Part shown: positions 62,701-64,000 of the stretch, one piece after another
Layout of the letters: the number at the start of each line of letters is the position of its first letter
How positions within the stretch are numbered: position 1 is the stretch's first letter
DNA from: Cystobasidiomycetes sp. EMM_F5
Taxonomy: Eukaryota
Direction: 5' to 3'
NCBI GenBank assembly: GCA_051047955.1
Contig: JBPGPT010000016.1
Coordinates: forward strand, 248,001-312,000
Length of the DNA stretch: 64,000 nt
Program-made: the position numbers and the translations under genes
The notes under the pieces: model-generated
The model's database searches: none
What the model was told of the DNA's origin: nothing
The model's input: only the letters and a program-made list of their open reading frames with translations

Positions 62701-64000
62701 GGAAGCGGACCAGATTGTGTAGGCATGCTGTTGTAAGCGCCGTTGACATGGTCAAGATGTGGTCCGTGATTCAGATGGAACCCGTTGTTCAAAGGCGCTG
62801 AGGCGGCAGCCGCCACGATTCTAGTTATTGGAATCTGGGGCAACGGGGCTACGACGGTCGGGGAATGATAAGTGGGATACTTGTATGCAATATCAGTTTT
62901 GAATGTGGCAAAATCCAGCACCGAAGCTTTGAGCTGGACATTCGGACCAGATGCTGATTCCGAATTCAGCGTTTGTAGGCCTGTCGATAATGATCATACA
63001 CACCTTCTGACTGTTCAACGTCTTCTGGCAGACTCTCTATGTTGCGGACTAGCTTCTTGACGCGTTTGATATCCTTCATCCCGCCAAAACATGCTAGCAG
63101 AGTCTTCCACAGCAGTAGAAGAAGCTGTAGCAAAAATGTGTCAGCTCGCATTTCTTACACAGAACAATCTGCACATACCTTCTTGACGGGGTAGCCCTTT
63201 GCGGCCTTCTCTCGTAAAGTAGCTACAAGATTGAGCAAGTAGACAGGTAAAGGAGGATCTTGGGCCACTGCAGCAGACATGAGCTGACGACAAATCGGGA
63301 GGGCAGGCAGAACCTACTAAGTTCATCTGCCCATGCTTCCTCCCCTCGAAATACTTCAATCATGAAATACAGTATGGCAAGATGAACTGCCAGTTCACCG
63401 TTGATTTCCTCTAGGTATTCTTGGCGCTCCTGCGGAGAGAACCCGGCAAGGAAACCATGTTCGGCCGCATGCGAGTATCCAGCGTCACCTTCGGGAAGTG
63501 AGCTGCGGGCCCGATCTTTTCAGTATATGCCGCGCAGACAAGGCGGGACCTCCTACCTGAATATATTCCACCGCCCGCAGGCAGACTTGAGCGCCTCATA
63601 CACAGCTGTCAATGCCCCTGCTTCGCGCATGAGCGTACAATTTGAAATGACTAGGTGAAGGTGGTGTTGAGGGGATGTCGAGCAAATAGGCGTGCCTGTC
63701 AAAGTGCCTTAGCATTCACCGGAACGCATAAATTGTTGCTAACGAACCTTGCGAGATATAGGCCAAGCGCTTTGCTGCTTCAAAACGGATTTCCGGATCA
63801 CGATGCTCCAGCTCTTCGATGAGATGGCTTATGTGAGTGCGTTTATACGTAGCAGGCGCATCAGGCCAGTCTGTGGCACGATTAGAACGGATCGCGGATA
63901 TAGTCAAAGAGGCTTACCGATAGAGGTTAGGCTTTCCCAGCCTCTGGCCCATGAATCCCTGCCTTCTCCGATGACAGCTTGAAGTTCGACGTAGCTGCAA
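59775..64000 (-). CDS. FAR11: STRIPAK component FAR11/STRIP1 (N1221 family), 5' end outside window
   Basis: GYPVKKLLLLLWK, YQTDQNKPFVLPF, VPFSIDEA, RHREITSKAVSAIL..WFKVSH, LVQYKSSAILKR, KSQVPYCGRKWRQ, CRPDLRDEWL. Confidence 0.95.

Noticed and set aside
8567..64000. Mating-type locus (KEX1-like plus STRIPAK FAR11)
   Set aside because: No pheromone precursor, STE3 receptor or homeodomain gene seen
1..64000. Transposons, CRISPR arrays, tRNA/rRNA, telomeric arrays, TGA-CTA readthrough PTS1
   Set aside because: No transposase or RT ORFs, spaced repeats or cloverleafs noticed by eye; none of the stops I checked is followed by CTA

Overview
Gene-dense, intron-rich eukaryotic DNA. It has short (~50-110 nt) GT-AG/GC-AG introns with CTGAC/CTAAC branch sites and looks like a compact basidiomycete fungal genome (the lineage is my inference). 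I count about 30 spliced protein genes, mostly core housekeeping: Cys/Met PLP lyase (3' end), TIP41, AGGF1-like FHA/G-patch, p24, CYSTM, KEX1-like carboxypeptidase, ArfGAP, HpcH aldolase, BCS1-like AAA, RAD21, EamA transporter, MAPEG, HSP10, acyl-CoA thioesterase, EED-like WD40, PRP46, SEC13, ValRS, ELG1, DOM34, LOA1, Tim17-like, MED20-like, HSP60, RanBP1, NOP58 and FAR11/STRIP (5' truncated). I could not support any tRNA, rRNA, CRISPR or transposon, and I found no clear-cut new multi-gene system. The best leads are a SIVA-like Zn-finger gene head-to-head with an EED-like gene that has a large N-terminal extension and an apparently degenerate aromatic cage, a SWSAP1/RecA-fold-like orphan just upstream of RAD21, an exon-duplication repeat on RanBP1, and extreme intergenic compaction. 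Gene models were spliced by eye; family calls rest on recalled motifs, not database searches.
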